From: a virus
IMG/VR virus record: IMGVR_UViG_3300024999_000042
DNA: 64,000 bases
Direction: 5' to 3' (one strand)
The notes under the pieces are model-generated. The model was not told where the DNA came from and searched no databases. It saw only the letters and a list, made by a program, of their open reading frames with translations. Position 1 is the stretch's first letter; each line of letters starts with the position of its first letter. Shown here piece after piece: positions 61,649-64,000 of the stretch. The position numbers and the translations under genes are program-made.

Positions 61649-61864
61649 GTGAGTAAGAAAGCATCAATAAGTAAATATATTCAACGATTGGCAGATAGGT
61701 TTAACCTTGACGTTACTGCAACGATTGAAAAAGGTGAATATGATACCACGCACAAAGTATATCATTTTAGTGGTAATTTCCTTGCAAATTTTGAAGCATT
61801 AGAGAGGGAAGTGGAAGGATATACAAAATCAACAGAGTTTCCTGCGGCATTGATAAAAGATTAA
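61649..61864 (+). CDS. hypothetical protein
   Basis: 71 aa with AAGGAGG RBS. Confidence 0.55.
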   Translation: MSKKASISKYIQRLADRFNLDVTATIEKGEYDTTHKVYHFSGNFLANFEALEREVEGYTKSTEFPAALIKD

Positions 61865-62090
61865 TATAATACGTTGATTGAAGGTTGCATACCAATAATT
61901 CTATAACAAATTGTCGTGCGACATTGAATCAAAATATTGTGAATGAAAGAAGGAATATATCATACTAACAATCAAAAAACTTCAAGATGCTAAAAAGGAA
62001 TTAATCAAACGTGGTGGAGCAATTTATGTTGTTCAATCTGCCGGGAAAGTTGAAGTTTGGGTTAATGCTGGAGGTTACAGTGCTGTATCA

Positions 62091-62450
62091 ATGGGTACTC
62101 ATGTAATTCAAATTCTTGACGAAAGACAAATTAAGTATGATAATGTATTTTATCAAAGTAAAAATCAAGAAATGAACTTGCAGGAATTTTGCGATATGGT
62201 TAATGATGAGTATTGCACTGAAGATATTAAAATAGAAGATGCTACACTTATTAAATCCTATAATATCGGAAGCAAAACAACCGAATTGCGTTTCACGCCA
62301 AAAGCAAATACTCAAACATGGCCTGGATATGATGATTCATTACCATTGCGCTATGCAGGTTATTGGTACGGAACACATGATCATCATGAACATATCGGAA
62401 AAACTGAGAAGGAAGCAATGGAATATCTTGCAGGAAATTATGGGATTTGA
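62091..62450 (+). CDS. hypothetical protein
   Basis: 119 aa; the start may lie further upstream. Confidence 0.5.
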   Translation: MGTHVIQILDERQIKYDNVFYQSKNQEMNLQEFCDMVNDEYCTEDIKIEDATLIKSYNIGSKTTELRFTPKANTQTWPGYDDSLPLRYAGYWYGTHDHHEHIGKTEKEAMEYLAGNYGI

Positions 62451-62727
62451 TTAATTGTATTTGGAATAGGCAATAACAATAGCATCATAACAGAACGACA
62501 TAACAGGTTGTTGCCTTTCTTTAAAGGAAAAGTTAATTAAATATGAAGGAGTGGAGACAATGATTAAATATCGTGAAATATACCCATGTTGGAAAGAAAG
62601 AGAAGTTAAAAGTCAAGACTTAGTTAGTGAAATTCAATCTTTAGCAAAATGTAACATTAGAACCGCAAGAAAGATTATTGAAACAGTTAGAAAATCTAAA
62701 TCCTAGCAAACAATAATTTTCTGGGAA

Positions 62728-62958
62728 ATGAAAGGAAGTAAAATTATGAATAATAACTTAACAATGACCGCAGAGCAAGCGAAAATTTATGTAAGCAAGC
62801 GTATTATTCCTCAAGTCTATGGAAGTGATCAAGGAATCTTAAGAGAATTGATATTTTCAATGGCAAAAGATATTAATTGGAATGATGTAGGTAAAAGAAT
62901 TCTTAGAGAACATCCAGAATTAAAGCAGGAAGATATAGATCAATTAAAGACTACTTAG
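62728..62958 (+). CDS. hypothetical protein
   Basis: 76 aa. Confidence 0.5.
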   Translation: MKGSKIMNNNLTMTAEQAKIYVSKRIIPQVYGSDQGILRELIFSMAKDINWNDVGKRILREHPELKQEDIDQLKTT

Positions 62959-63081
62959 GGCATTTAAAGCCCTTCTAAGCATCCTGTAATGCTCATAACA
63001 GCATAACACCAATGCTTGCAGAGCAGGGAGTTTAGAATGGTTTTGAAGACTCTAAAAATAAATTAATGGAGGAATGTTTGA

Positions 63082-63306
63082 ATGAAAAATAACTTACAAT
63101 TTACCAAAAAAGAACACGGTGAAAATGAATATTGGACTTATCGCAACTGCAATTCCAGAGGTAATGCAACTCCAGTTTATAGTATTGATGGAGAAATTAG
63201 AGGTAGTGAACATGGTTCGTCACAATATCTGATAGATACTTACGACATGAATATTTTAGATGCTTATACCTATGTTCATGAAATTTCTACACACGGCAAT
63301 CGTTAA
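63082..63306 (+). CDS. small protein, paralog of 57788-57976
   Basis: GGAGG RBS; shared motif with 57788-57976. Confidence 0.7.
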   Translation: MKNNLQFTKKEHGENEYWTYRNCNSRGNATPVYSIDGEIRGSEHGSSQYLIDTYDMNILDAYTYVHEISTHGNR

Positions 63307-63568
63307 TACTCTAAAGAGCTTATGCTCTTTGCTCAGTCCTTGTATAACAAAACTCAGAATAACAGTGACTATACAGGGGTTGACCAAAGGATATAAACTT
63401 AACCAATATATCCTAAAATAAATTAAAGGAGGTAAAACAATGTCTTATAAAATCCTAAATCAATACATATCAATTTGCAAAAATCAAGATGTACCTGCAA
63501 ACTTTTCTGGACTAATTGCTTTCAATGCTATATTCAAAAAATAAAATTATGAAAGAAGGTTAATCAAA

Positions 63569-63859
63569 ATGCAAAAACCTAAAAACATCAAAAATTTAAC
63601 CCATTCTGCCTCAAAACTAAACTCCTTATATCTAGGCAAAGAAATTGTTTACACAGGCACATCCAATACCCTAAGACCTTACAGGGGAGAAATCATTAAC
63701 ATTGCTTACTATTCAGACTTAGATCCTGTTCCATATGCAGAAATTAAATTAAAATTATGGAATAATCGAACTGTAACTAAAATTCTTCCATTATCAGATA
63801 TTGTTTTGGCATCTTCTTTGAAGAAAACTAAAACTAAAAAATCCAAGTTAGCAGCATAA
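63569..63859 (+). CDS. hypothetical basic protein
   Basis: 96 aa with RBS. Confidence 0.55.
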   Translation: MQKPKNIKNLTHSASKLNSLYLGKEIVYTGTSNTLRPYRGEIINIAYYSDLDPVPYAEIKLKLWNNRTVTKILPLSDIVLASSLKKTKTKKSKLAA

Positions 63860-64000
63860 TTCAATATCTTTTATATGGACACTGTAAAGCGTAAAATAAT
63901 TATAACAATTGATTCCCATACGTTGTACAGTGTAATTCTTAAAAGGTATTAGTTAAACTCAATGCTAATATCTCAACTATTGTATAACAAAATCAAAAGG

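Larger units (their letters stand above)
53469..63932 (+). repeat. dispersed family of ~14 intergenic leader hairpins with ATAAC(A/G) motif
   Basis: Inverted repeats with G-U pairs, most upstream of RBSs; copies listed in findings. Confidence 0.75.

Noticed and set aside
53469-63932. ATAACA hairpins as ordinary intrinsic terminators
   Set aside because: They lack 3' U-tracts, have large loops and mostly precede RBSs, unlike the true terminators at 45-52 kb.
1-64000. tRNA/rRNA genes, integrase/att sites, stop-codon reassignment
   Set aside because: No cloverleaf or recombinase motifs were seen by eye, and long genes are intact under the standard code. A tRNAscan run would be needed to exclude tRNAs fully.

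Overview
AT-rich 64 kb segment of a large SPbeta-like Firmicutes phage or prophage. No integrase, att site or host genes are visible, so integration cannot be judged. It has two divergent arms meeting at a ~2.2 kb non-coding region (~42.1-44.3 kb) with mirror-image base skew. The left arm (minus strand) carries the head morphogenesis operon (intein-containing terminase, portal, scaffold/protease, major capsid, head-tail genes), a metallophosphoesterase, HU, PIN-PhoH, a YonO-like single-subunit RNA polymerase, five free-standing putative homing endonucleases, an SF2 helicase with a possible initiator, and a PAPS-reductase-family gene. The right arm (plus strand) is an early/accessory region of small, often monocistronic genes. 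The most unusual signals are non-coding: (1) about 14 G-U-rich leader hairpins carrying an ATAAC(A/G) motif upstream of RBSs at 53.4-63.9 kb; (2) a DIP1984-like coiled-coil gene followed by a structured non-coding tract with a 7-8 nt periodic repeat array (candidate protein-ncRNA system); (3) a multi-junction RNA leader in front of the PAPS-reductase gene; (4) an iteron/hairpin origin-like element; (5) a palindrome at the skew switch. All family calls come from motif recognition by eye and synteny. No database searches were run.
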